Assembly (NCBI GenBank): GCA_026395175.1
Contig: JAPLZF010000015.1
Coordinates: forward strand, 21,066 to 85,065
Origin: Candidatus Staskawiczbacteria bacterium
GTDB lineage: Bacteria; Patescibacteriota; Minisyncoccia; Minisyncoccales; Staskawiczbacteraceae
Reading direction: 5' to 3'
DNA: 64,000 nucleotides
Shown here: in pieces, positions 24,575 through 33,955 of the stretch
How positions within the stretch are numbered: position 1 is the stretch's first letter
Layout of the letters: every line of letters starts with the position of its first letter
Translations under genes and position numbers: made by a program
Notes under the pieces: generated by a model
What the model was told of the DNA's origin: nothing
What the model saw: only the letters and a program-made list of their open reading frames with translations
Databases searched by the model: none

Positions 24575-26305
24575 TTAACTTTTAAATTTAACTTTTCTTA
24601 AAAACGCTGGTATTTCCCATTCTTTTTCCTGCGCCAATCTCTTTTTTTCTAAAAGTTCTTCGGCTTCTTTGATTTCCAAACCGCTTCTCCTTATTGTTTT
24701 TTTAATTGAAGATGATGCTTCAACAACATCTAGTCTTCTTTGTTCTAAAACCGGAATACCCGGAGAGCGCTCGGGAACAGGAACCTCAAACACAGGAATA
24801 ATGGAAACCTGCTTTTCCTTCTTTTTTACCGACTTTTTATTTTTTACCCGTTCGACTCCGCTCAGGGCAGGTTTTTTCGCTTTTGGTTTTGCTTCTTTTT
24901 TGATTATTTTTTCAACAGGCTCTGGCTTAACTAATTTTGCGGGTTCTATTTTCTCCTCAATTATTTTTTCTTCGGCTTGCCCGCCGGTCATCAAAATTGT
25001 GGTTTTTATTTTGTTTTTCAGCTTTGAATCTTTTGAAATTCCAAAAATAATTTTTGCTTTAGGATTTTGGTTAGATATGTGGCTGCTGATTTTTTCCACT
25101 TCAAACATTGAAAGATTTTCAGAACCCACAATATTGAACAAAATCTTTTCCGCTTTCAAATTGCTGTTCTGCAAAAGAGGATTTTTAAAAATATTTTCGC
25201 AGGTTTTTTCCACTCTGTTTTTGCCTTGCTGTTCAATGGTGTTTAAAAATGCCGAATTTCCCCTGCCTTTTAAAATTGTCCGCAAATCGGCAAAATCAAT
25301 ATTTATAATTCCCGGATTGTAAATTAGGTCTATTAAGCTTTCCAAAGATTCAATCAGGCTTTTATTGACGGTTGAAAAAGCATTTGTAATTGGCGTTGAT
25401 TCGTCAATAATTTTAAAAATTTTCTCATTGGGAATCACCAGAGAAACATTTAACGATTGGCGTAAAGATTTTAAGGCATTCAAAGCTATGCGCTGTTTGT
25501 TTTTGCCTTCAAATTTAAATGGCATTGTAAATATGCCAAAAGTAATTCCGCCAAAATCTTTTGCGGCTTCCGCAAAAACCTGCGTGGCTCCAGAGCCCAA
25601 TCCTCCTCCCAAAGAAGCCACAAAAATTATTATGTCTTGGTTTTCAAAAAATGCGCCAATTTTTTCTTTGGCCGACTCGGCCGCTTGTTTTGCCAGCTCA
25701 ACATTAACTCCGGTTCCCAAGCCGTGAGTCATTTCCTCGCCAAACCAGAAATATTTTATTCCGGATTTCTTTTTTAATGCCCGAATGTCGGTGTCGGCAA
25801 TAACAAAAGTTGCCTTTTCCAAGGACCTGCCAATTTCAGAAACAATTGAGCCACCTCCCCCGCCAATTCCAATAACTTTAATTTTTGCCTTAAACAAAGA
25901 CTCTGCCGGAAACTCTGTTATTTGAGGTTTTGGAGAGGCTTTTCTTGCCCTGTTAAATAATTTCGGCTTTGCCGAAATTCCCGCTTTGCGGGATTTAACA
26001 GGGTGAACTTTTTTAATAATTAACTTTTTTACAAGTTTTTTTGTTTTTACAGGCTTACGCTTTACTATTTTTTTTATTATCTTTTTAGGTTTTACAGCCT
26101 TTTTTATTGCCTTTCTTGCCCTGTTAAATAATTTCGGCTTTGCCGAAATTCCCGCTTTGCGGGATTTAACAGGGTGAACTTTTTTGACAATTTTTTTCTT
26201 ATTTAAAATCTTCCTGCGTTTTGCGGGCTTCTTTTTTTTTATTATATTTTTTTTCCCTCGCCTCGCCGAAGCTTTACGCGAAGGCGGGTTCTTTTTCTTT
26301 GGCAT
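24575..26305 (-). CDS. ftsZ: Divergent FtsZ with a long Lys-rich N-terminal extension
   Basis: KIKVIGIGGGG, LGGGLGSG, PFKFEG, INIDFAD, C-terminal EIPAFLRK; start MPKKK at 26305. Confidence 0.88.
   Translation of the reverse strand: MPKKKNPPSRKASARRGKKNIIKKKKPAKRRKILNKKKIVKKVHPVKSRKAGISAKPKLFNRARKAIKKAVKPKKIIKKIVKRKPVKTKKLVKKLIIKKVHPVKSRKAGISAKPKLFNRARKASPKPQITEFPAESLFKAKIKVIGIGGGGGSIVSEIGRSLEKATFVIADTDIRALKKKSGIKYFWFGEEMTHGLGTGVNVELAKQAAESAKEKIGAFFENQDIIIFVASLGGGLGSGATQVFAEAAKDFGGITFGIFTMPFKFEGKNKQRIALNALKSLRQSLNVSLVIPNEKIFKIIDESTPITNAFSTVNKSLIESLESLIDLIYNPGIINIDFADLRTILKGRGNSAFLNTIEQQGKNRVEKTCENIFKNPLLQNSNLKAEKILFNIVGSENLSMFEVEKISSHISNQNPKAKIIFGISKDSKLKNKIKTTILMTGGQAEEKIIEEKIEPAKLVKPEPVEKIIKKEAKPKAKKPALSGVERVKNKKSVKKKEKQVSIIPVFEVPVPERSPGIPVLEQRRLDVVEASSSIKKTIRRSGLEIKEAEELLEKKRLAQEKEWEIPAFLRKVKFKS
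25941..26185. repeat. Two identical ~74-bp copies carrying family B palindromes in ftsZ (25941-26014 and 26112-26185)
   Basis: Each copy encodes KKVHPVKSRKAGISAKPKLFNRARK. Confidence 0.92.
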
Positions 26306-26432
26306 TATATTATTATATGTTAACTGCTTATAAAATAAAATCAAGAGTTGACAAAAATTATAAAAAAAAGAGGCCAGCTAATGCGTGATGCACCAACTGA
26401 CCTTTATGTTTCTTATCGGCTCAGAGAGCCAT

Positions 26433-27048
26433 TTAGACGAAGGGTTGCATTGCCTTCATCAATTTGTCCCAGTCATCCTTGGGTTTCCATGACACGTTGC
26501 CTCGGGCAATGTCGTCGGCAACCGCCGGGTCGTCTGAGGTTAATCAGCTCCTCTGTTGTTGAAAAATTGTTGCAGACATCCTCCACAATGGCATAGCGCA
26601 AACCTTTTTCCACGCTATGCCTGCCGAAAACCAGCTTCGACTTCTCGCGGGCACTTTCTGTTGCCAGCGCAGTAACTTTCTTCTCGGCCTTAATCACATT
26701 GTTGTCCGTAATCATACCCAATGCGGTTGCCAAGGAATATCCGCCAATTGGCGCTCCGCAGAGAACATCAATATCTGCGATATCGATAATACTTTCGGCC
26801 TTCGTTGCCAGGCATCGCGCGAAAAACAGCAAAACATTGGGATGGATTTCGGCCATGGCAAAGTTTGCGTAAGTTTCGCCAACCCATTGCAATTGCAGTC
26901 CATTTGGCCCTTGATACTTGCCGGCATAACCAACCAGCGGGCCCATTCGTTCTCCGGTTCCTTCACTGATTGGACAGTCATAAAACCCGCCACACCGGCG
27001 CAGAGTTTCAAGGTGTCTTTCCTCCGCGATTTCGACATGTCTTATCAT
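26433..27048 (-). pseudogene. pyrE: Orotate phosphoribosyltransferase-like, apparently internally deleted/frameshifted near 26535
   Basis: PRPP motif YAIVEDVCNNFST followed by an abrupt loss of plausible sequence; another frame gives DDPAVADDIARGNVSWKPKDDWDKLMKAMQPFV-stop (26433). Lies downstream of pyrF. Confidence 0.6.
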
Positions 27049-27086
27049 AATCGTGTTTTCCTTTCTTGGTTATGGTTGTCGAATAT

Positions 27087-27860
27087 TTAAGACAGAGCTG
27101 CTTGTATTTCGTCGGCGATACGTTTCGCCGCATCGACCGGCGAACCCACCGACTCGGGCGGTTTAGTGATGGGCCGCCCAATGACAAGATAATCCGCGCC
27201 TGCTTTGATAGCTTCCCCAGGAGTCATAACGCGCTTCTGATCGTCTGTGGAAGCCCATTCCGGCCGAACGCCAGGTGTGACTATCAGCAGGTCGTCAAGT
27301 TCGTGGTTCTCACGCAGAAGAACCAGTTCCTGCGGCGAGCAGATGATGCCGCTTGCACCCGCCTTCTTGAGCATCTTGGCAAAATATAACACTTTCTTGC
27401 CAGGCACGTCCCCGAAGATTGAATCGCGGCATTCTTCCTCGCCTATGGAGGTCAATACGGTGACGCCCAAGACTTGAGAAAGGCCACGGTTGGCGACTGC
27501 CGCCTCGATTGCCTTCAATCCGGCCGACGCGTGCACATTGAAAAACTTGACGCCCATGCTCGACACCGCTAGCGAGGCTTTACCGACTGTGTTGGGAATA
27601 TCCGCGAGCTTTGTATCCAGAAACTCGTGCGCGCCGCTGATACTCTTCATCAAATTTCGGAAAAAGCGCAGTGCCCCAATGGCGTCTGCGTTCTCTTCCA
27701 CCAACAAGCTGGCCATGATGGAGTATATTAGCTCCAACCCTATCTTGAACATTCCCACGTGTCCCGTGAGCTTGTCCACTAGCTTCTGTGCCTCTTGCGC
27801 GCTTGAAACATCAAGCGGCAGGATAATCCTATCTTTTGGATCCACATCCTTCTGTCTCAT
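27087..27860 (-). CDS. pyrF: Orotidine-5'-phosphate decarboxylase
   Basis: PLDV, FKIG, LDTKLADIPNTV, VTVLTS, TPGVRP, DQKR, VIGRPIT; strong SD AAGGAGG. Confidence 0.96.
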   Translation of the reverse strand: MRQKDVDPKDRIILPLDVSSAQEAQKLVDKLTGHVGMFKIGLELIYSIMASLLVEENADAIGALRFFRNLMKSISGAHEFLDTKLADIPNTVGKASLAVSSMGVKFFNVHASAGLKAIEAAVANRGLSQVLGVTVLTSIGEEECRDSIFGDVPGKKVLYFAKMLKKAGASGIICSPQELVLLRENHELDDLLIVTPGVRPEWASTDDQKRVMTPGEAIKAGADYLVIGRPITKPPESVGSPVDAAKRIADEIQAALS

Positions 27861-27997
27861 GAAAACTCCTCCTTAAATGTGAACGAACTGCTAGTCAGCG
27901 CGCGGGGAACCCCACGCTACAAACTGACCTTTTAATTACTTTAACAAAAAAAAACGAGCTGTCAACTCGTTTTGAAATTTTTGCGCGCTTTTCTATT

Positions 27998-28381
27998 TTA
28001 TGCCTTTACGCCCAGCCTTTCTTTTACTATGCCGACAATTTGGTCAATGTGCAAATCGGACTTTATAATGTAATCTGTTTCTTTCACTATTTCCACCGCT
28101 TCGCCAATATGCCCGGCGTCTTTTAAATTAGTCAAAAATATAATATGCAAGTTGATGCCTTTTTCCTTCAGCTTTTTTGCCATTGTTATGCCGTCCATTT
28201 TGGGCAGTAAAATATCTAAAAGAACCAAATCTGGCTTCTCTTCTTCAGCCATTTTTAATCCTTCTTCGCCGTCTTGGGCAAAAACCACAAAAAATCCTTC
28301 TTTGTCAAAACTCTGCCTGAGAATCCAAAGGAATTCTTTGTCGTCTTCCACAATTAATATTTTTTTGTTTGATTTCTCCAT
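27998..28381 (-). CDS. Single-domain response regulator
   Basis: ILIVEDD, PDLVLLDILLP, FLTN, YIIK. Confidence 0.93.
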   Translation of the reverse strand: MEKSNKKILIVEDDKEFLWILRQSFDKEGFFVVFAQDGEEGLKMAEEEKPDLVLLDILLPKMDGITMAKKLKEKGINLHIIFLTNLKDAGHIGEAVEIVKETDYIIKSDLHIDQIVGIVKERLGVKA

Positions 28382-28446
28382 ATTACTTTATTTTATACCC
28401 ACAAACGCAAGAATACCAGTCAAGCTCCATAAGTTATGCACAGGCG

Positions 28447-30066
28447 CTAATTCCTTGGCAATTCTATGTAAAAAGTCGAGCCCTTGCCTTCGCCTGCAGA
28501 TTCCACCCAAATTTTTCCGTTGTGCGCCTTGATAATCTGGCTGGCAAGATATAAGCCAATTCCCCTGCCCATGGTAAAACTTTTTTTAGATTCAGATGTT
28601 CTTTCAAAAATATTGTCAAAAAGTTTTGGCAGTCTTTCTTTTGAAATGCCCATTCCGGTATCTTTAATTTCAATTTTCACTTTTTGGCTTTCAACTTTCA
28701 AACTCATTGCCACTTCTCCTTTTTCGGTATATTTTACCGCGTTGTCAAAAATATTAACCAAAGCCGCTTTCAATTTTGACTCGTCGGCTCTTATAATGCA
28801 ATCCCCTTCGGGCTTTTCCAATTTCAAATGAATTCCTTTTGCTTCTGCTTCAAGTTTTATGTCTCCGACAACTTCTTCCAAAATTGGCGGCAAATTAACG
28901 CCGTCTTTCAAAGAAATCACCTGCTTGCCCAGCTGGAATTGCGTAACATCTAAAAAATCATTTACCATTTTAATCAGGCTGGTTGTGGACGCCTCAAATT
29001 TTTCTATAACCTCTCTGATTTTTGGCGGCACTTTGCCAAACGCCCCGCTCAACAGCAAATCGGAATACCCGCGCATTGAAGTAAGCGGAGTCCTCAAATG
29101 ATGCTGAATTGTCATCAAAAACTGGTTTTTAACATTGTCCAGCTCCGCCAACTCCGCATTGGCCTTTTTCTCAACATCATACGCCCGCTTAATCTCCTCC
29201 GCCATCTTCTCCATTTTCTCTTTCTGCTCAACTTCTTTTATAACACTGCGAATAAGCAACACCCCAAAAAACACCACAAAAAATAAAATAACTCCATTAA
29301 ATATAATATCTTGAAATGTTACTGACCAAAAAGTTCTTGCCATTAATACTAACCATAATGCAAAAGTTAATAATTCTGTAGCAATTATACGAACATTGAA
29401 AAGGTGGTGTTTGGTTATTGCATATCCTGTAAAACCGACAAAGAATATAAAACAGGGGGCATCAAGCAATGTAAAACTATAGATATTAAAAAAGATTGGC
29501 ATTATCAAGCTAAAAACTGTTGCAAAACCAGAATACAGAAGCATCCCGCACAAGATATAATTTAATTGAGTTCTTCTCGAAAAATCAGATACTTTTTCAG
29601 CTGCTCTCTGATTGTAATAAATTAGCCATGCAAAAAAAACAATGTAGCTCGCAAGATAAAAAGTGTATATCATGAAAAGCGGGCCGAGTGTTCCTTCATA
29701 ACCCAACATAGATAATCCTCTTATTTCTTTTACTATCAAACCATCCATAAAAGCAATTACGAAAAAAATTAAACCCGATCCAAAAAATAAAAAATAAAGC
29801 CATTTCTTAATATGAAAATTACAAATTTCAAATATCCAAAGACTCGCTGCAAGTGGTATCAAAACAGCAAATGCATAAGAACATCTTAAAATAAACAATG
29901 CTGGGAAAAATCTAAATATAAAATCAAAAAAAATCTGCACAGAAACTACAAGACAAAATATTCCAAAATAAATATTAAGTTTTGCCTTGGGATTGCTTCT
30001 CCATACTAATATGCCAATTAATGAGTTTAACACTCCCGACAAAAATATAATCCAATCTACATTCAT
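28447..30066 (-). CDS. Sensor histidine kinase with N-terminal multi-TM (HisKA_7TM-like) domain
   Basis: Hydrophobic N-terminal half; HHLRTPLTS, NIFDNAVKY, DTGMG, GIGLY, GKGSTF. Confidence 0.93.
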   Translation of the reverse strand: MNVDWIIFLSGVLNSLIGILVWRSNPKAKLNIYFGIFCLVVSVQIFFDFIFRFFPALFILRCSYAFAVLIPLAASLWIFEICNFHIKKWLYFLFFGSGLIFFVIAFMDGLIVKEIRGLSMLGYEGTLGPLFMIYTFYLASYIVFFAWLIYYNQRAAEKVSDFSRRTQLNYILCGMLLYSGFATVFSLIMPIFFNIYSFTLLDAPCFIFFVGFTGYAITKHHLFNVRIIATELLTFALWLVLMARTFWSVTFQDIIFNGVILFFVVFFGVLLIRSVIKEVEQKEKMEKMAEEIKRAYDVEKKANAELAELDNVKNQFLMTIQHHLRTPLTSMRGYSDLLLSGAFGKVPPKIREVIEKFEASTTSLIKMVNDFLDVTQFQLGKQVISLKDGVNLPPILEEVVGDIKLEAEAKGIHLKLEKPEGDCIIRADESKLKAALVNIFDNAVKYTEKGEVAMSLKVESQKVKIEIKDTGMGISKERLPKLFDNIFERTSESKKSFTMGRGIGLYLASQIIKAHNGKIWVESAGEGKGSTFYIELPRN

Positions 30067-30070
30067 AAAT

Positions 30071-31135
30071 TTATATTGATGTTATTGATAAAAAATTTTT
30101 ATATAAAATATTTGAAATAATATTTTCTTTTTGTTCTCCATTTCTAACACTTTCCAAGGCCAAATAAATAAAAGCTAAATTGTATGCTATCCTATTATAT
30201 AGTGCATCTGATCCAAATACAATTTTTTGACTGGGAATAAATTGCAAAGTATTTCTTATGAAAGATGGTGAAACGCCTGCTGTATCAAAATAAATATTAT
30301 TAAACTTTTTAGCAATTATCTTCATCAACTTATAATCAGGATTTATAATTCCAAAGTGACCTAAATGTGCTATTACTATCGGAATATTATAATTCTCAAA
30401 AAGTTCGCTTTTACCATTGATATCGCAAAAATTTCTGAGCATGGCATTCATACGACTTCTAGGAATGTTTCCTTTATACTTTGGATCGGTAAAATCTGTG
30501 TAAAGAGAAACGCCGCCATGGAATAAAAGATATAAATGTTCTTTCTCTGCAAATTTATATATGTGATGTAATTTTTCTCCTAATTCTGGTGAATTTTGGC
30601 TTGGCTGTGGTTTAAAGTTTTGTAAATTTGGATGAAGTTTTATCCCGACAATTTTATATTTTTCTTTAATATTTGTTAAATAATTATCAATTTCTTCTGT
30701 TCTAATATTATGGATATCGACAGACCCTAATGCAATTAATCTATCTGATAAAAATTTTTCTCCTATTATTTCTGTTGGAAGCCAAGGAGCCACAGGTAGC
30801 ATCACAGCAGAATCTACAAATGATAAATCCATTTCATCTAAAATTCTCTTCTCTGCAATGCTCATACAATTATTTTTAATTATTTTATTTATCTCTTTGG
30901 GTAATAATTTATAAAATAATTTTGAACCAACTTGAGCTATCTTGCCATAATTAAATTTTTCGAGGACGCCAGGAACCAGATAATCTGCTTTTGCATATTC
31001 ATTTTTTACATCTGTATAATGAACAACTCCCATTACATCCAAAGGATGGACGTGCGTATCTATGATTCGTAAGCCTGTATTTTTTTTCAGCTCTGAAATC
31101 TTCGAAAGAATTGAAACAACCTTCTGTTTATTCAT
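30071..31135 (-). CDS. Amidohydrolase family protein (Amidohydro_2)
   Basis: IIDTHVH, GIKLHP, LFHGG, IAHLG, YFDTA, FGSD; start MNKQK. Confidence 0.85.
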   Translation of the reverse strand: MNKQKVVSILSKISELKKNTGLRIIDTHVHPLDVMGVVHYTDVKNEYAKADYLVPGVLEKFNYGKIAQVGSKLFYKLLPKEINKIIKNNCMSIAEKRILDEMDLSFVDSAVMLPVAPWLPTEIIGEKFLSDRLIALGSVDIHNIRTEEIDNYLTNIKEKYKIVGIKLHPNLQNFKPQPSQNSPELGEKLHHIYKFAEKEHLYLLFHGGVSLYTDFTDPKYKGNIPRSRMNAMLRNFCDINGKSELFENYNIPIVIAHLGHFGIINPDYKLMKIIAKKFNNIYFDTAGVSPSFIRNTLQFIPSQKIVFGSDALYNRIAYNLAFIYLALESVRNGEQKENIISNILYKNFLSITSI

Positions 31136-31185
31136 TTTTCTATTATACCACAAAAATAAAAACGGGACACAACCAAAAACCCGAC

Positions 31186-31210
31186 CAACTCGGGTTAATT
31201 GGTTAGAAAT
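31186..31210. repeat. 25-bp direct repeat, copy 1 (copy 2 at 40565-40589)
   Basis: CAACTCGGGTTAATTGGTTAGAAAT is identical at both sites. Confidence 0.9.
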
Positions 31211-31227
31211 GATGGCTGTCCTAATTT

Positions 31228-31305
31228 TCATTTTCTTGACCCCATTTTCTGCAAAAGCAAACCTCTTCTTATAGGCGATGAAGATGATAAAATTATCTTT
31301 TTCAT
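31228..31305 (-). pseudogene. maf: Remnant of a Maf/YhdE nucleotide pyrophosphatase N-terminus
   Basis: MKKIILSSSSPIRRGLLLQKMG-SRK-stop matches the Maf N-terminal IILASxSPRRxxLL motif. Confidence 0.6.
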
Positions 31306-31329
31306 TATAATATTAAAATTATTATTTTT

Positions 31330-31902
31330 TTAAGGACATGTATCTACGTCTTTAAGTCTAGGATATAGAATAACATCTCTAATATTATCTCTACATAGAC
31401 TCCATGTTATAAAACGCTCTATCCCTAAACCGAAACCAGATGTTGTTTGATAGTTTGGAATTTTTCTTAAATTTATATACCACTCGTAAGGCTTACGATC
31501 TATTTTTTGTCTTGATAGCGAATCTATCATTTCTTTAGCATTGTCTTGTCTTTGCCCTGATCCGACAACTTCCCCGCCAAAAGAATTTTTTATTATCGGA
31601 GGAAAAATAAGATCGGCGTTTATGGTTTTATTAAAATCTAAGGGATCCGGCTTCTGATAAAATGCCACTGTATCGCGATCATATTTTTTAATCCAAAAAG
31701 GCGCCTTGAAATTAAAAATTTCTGCTGGTTTAACTCCAGGACAATTTATAAGTCTTAACAATTTTTTTGTTGAAACTGAAAATAGCATGGTTATACCTTT
31801 ACCCCTATATTCAGACGGAACATCAATAACAAAATCTCTCAATCTAATTTTCTCCCGTATCTTGTAATTGATAGAACTCTCGTCGATTGATAATTCTTTC
31901 AT
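31330..31902 (-). pseudogene. C-terminal part of an AsnRS/AspRS-like class II synthetase paralog, N-terminally truncated or chimeric
   Basis: AFYQ, ADLI, GEVVGSGQR, YEWYINLR, SGFGLGIERF (motif 3), NIRDVILYPR; motifs 1/2 and the anticodon domain are absent. Confidence 0.65.
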
Positions 31903-31952
31903 TTTTTTATTATACCATAAACTATCACAAAACAGCTCCTGACCCGTTTATA

Positions 31953-32435
31953 TTAATGAATCTGGGGCCGCTGAGCCTCAAATACTTTTTTATCGTAATT
32001 CCACCCCACCGTTATATCATCTGAAACACCTTTCCCATTATCAGTAAGAAGATACAAAACAAAATTATCACTTTTGATACTGACAAATTTATATCCGTAA
32101 AACTTATCTTTCACTATTTCCTGATCTTTACCTTTGGTGTTGAAAAAACCATCGCTATTTATTTTGTAAATGACGATTTTTTTTCCATCTACTTCCTTCG
32201 TTATATACAACGAAGTAAATACATCTTTATTAAGATAAGTTACATACGCATCTCCAAGAATTGAACCGTCTGGAGTTTTAAGCGTGCTTACTAGAGTTAT
32301 ATCGCTTTTATTAAAAGTTATTTTTTTATGCGTATCGATGCGTTGGACCAAATAAAGCAAAGCAGTAATAACAATTAAAGCTACTACTAATATGGAAATA
32401 AATTTAATTATTGTTTTAGTCATATAAGTTATCAT
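31953..32435 (-). CDS. Membrane-anchored putative immunity/partner protein of the NlpC/P60 RHS tip
   Basis: N-terminal TM; ATGA overlap with the toxin stop. Confidence 0.6.
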   Translation of the reverse strand: MITYMTKTIIKFISILVVALIVITALLYLVQRIDTHKKITFNKSDITLVSTLKTPDGSILGDAYVTYLNKDVFTSLYITKEVDGKKIVIYKINSDGFFNTKGKDQEIVKDKFYGYKFVSIKSDNFVLYLLTDNGKGVSDDITVGWNYDKKVFEAQRPQIH

Positions 32436-33445
32436 TGAGTGATTTTTTGCCAATCTAATTGTCTGTGATAGATAGATCCTCCTTGTTTGTAAGTGTAATC
32501 ATCTTGGTAATTGGTTGGAGTTAATAGCACTCCTGTATCGGGATTTAATGGATTAACCATTGAACCATTGCCAACATTAGTTGTTACGTGATCTATTCTA
32601 CCATCTGAGGTGTAATCATAAAATGTCACCGTGCCCCTACTCCTACTATCTGATGAAACTGAATAATTTCTATATAAGTCATCCGCACCGCGATCTCCAA
32701 AGTTCGGATTTGCACTTTGTCTAATACCATAGATAACTGCCCCAGAACAATCAACAGAATCAGGTCCGTTGGCTCCCCACACATAAGGTTTTCCAACAAG
32801 TTTCTCTTCAATTGCAGCATATTTGCCATTATAATATTGTGTCGTTTGGATTTTTGGCGACTGATGAGATGAATAAGAAGGTTGTGCAATTGATATACTA
32901 CTTGGACTCTTATTTTGCAAATGGTTCGGAGATATACTGCCATCGCCTCCGCCAATTACAGTTGACAGTAATGATTTCCACGCAGATACAAGAGAACTAA
33001 TAATAGAAACCAACGATGATGCTCGACCACTCGGATCACTCCGATTGATAGGGTTGTCATTCGCGTATGAGTAACTATTCAAAGCTTGCGGGTTTGCCAA
33101 AAGCGTTTGCTGGTCTTGTCCAGTAAGTTGTTTTATTTGATTTTCATCGCCAATCGCGAGAGCGACCGGGTCTTCGCTTGTGAATCTTGCCAGCGCGGAG
33201 TTGTAGTATCTTGCGTTGAGGTAATTTAATCCTGTGTCGGCGTCAAACTCCTGTCCAATGTATTTCCTCTGCTCTGAAAAGGCAGAGGACCCTGAGCCCG
33301 TCGAAGGGTGCGTATCAATTCTAATTGCTCCAAATGGGAAGTAATCTAAAGTTTCAGCAATAGTGCCGGCGGAGTCGGTCATCACGCTGGATGAGTTAAG
33401 ATTTTCTGCGTGGTTATAATATATTTTAGCATTAATTCCTATCAT
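32432..33445 (-). CDS. Orphan RHS core + NlpC/P60 peptidoglycan hydrolase tip
   Basis: YFPFG...KYIGQEFDADTGLNYLNARYY...NPINRSDPSG; tip GKPYVWGANGPDSVDCSG...DHV. Confidence 0.88.
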   Translation of the reverse strand: MIGINAKIYYNHAENLNSSSVMTDSAGTIAETLDYFPFGAIRIDTHPSTGSGSSAFSEQRKYIGQEFDADTGLNYLNARYYNSALARFTSEDPVALAIGDENQIKQLTGQDQQTLLANPQALNSYSYANDNPINRSDPSGRASSLVSIISSLVSAWKSLLSTVIGGGDGSISPNHLQNKSPSSISIAQPSYSSHQSPKIQTTQYYNGKYAAIEEKLVGKPYVWGANGPDSVDCSGAVIYGIRQSANPNFGDRGADDLYRNYSVSSDSRSRGTVTFYDYTSDGRIDHVTTNVGNGSMVNPLNPDTGVLLTPTNYQDDYTYKQGGSIYHRQLDWQKITQ

Positions 33446-33489
33446 AAAACAATTATACCACACAGCGACTAATTATCACAAAAAGGCTC

Positions 33490-33951
33490 CTACCCCCTTT
33501 TATGACTTTTTTCATTTCTATTTTGCTTGTATATTTGATTTAATTGGTAATCATCCAGATTTTTTATTTCTTCAAGGATTTTTTCTATCCTTTCTTTGTA
33601 TTGTTCGGGAAATGCAACAATAAAAGTTTGTATTAAATCTTTATCTTTAGTGTACGGATTTGAATGAGAGATATCATTAAGTATTTTCAACAATATAAGC
33701 ACGTCTTTATCTCCAAGGTTAGGGACGTCTTCATGATAAATAACAAAATGTTTATTTGATAACCAGCTAAAATCCGATAACAATTCATCGAAATAATCCC
33801 AATTATCACAAAAATTTCCAGGAAATTTAAAAACATCTGCATAGCTCTGTAATAGCTCTTTTTTAGAAGCTATGCCGGTGGGAATAATACCCACATAGGC
33901 ATCTGGATTTTTATTGAAATCTTCAAGTTTTCCGAATTTAATGTTTACCAT
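33490..33951 (-). CDS. Barstar-family immunity protein
   Basis: KKELLQSYADVFKFPGNFCDNWDYFDELLSDFSW; follows the RNase toxin by 4 nt. Confidence 0.88.
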   Translation of the reverse strand: MVNIKFGKLEDFNKNPDAYVGIIPTGIASKKELLQSYADVFKFPGNFCDNWDYFDELLSDFSWLSNKHFVIYHEDVPNLGDKDVLILLKILNDISHSNPYTKDKDLIQTFIVAFPEQYKERIEKILEEIKNLDDYQLNQIYKQNRNEKSHKRG

Positions 33952-33955
33952 ATAT

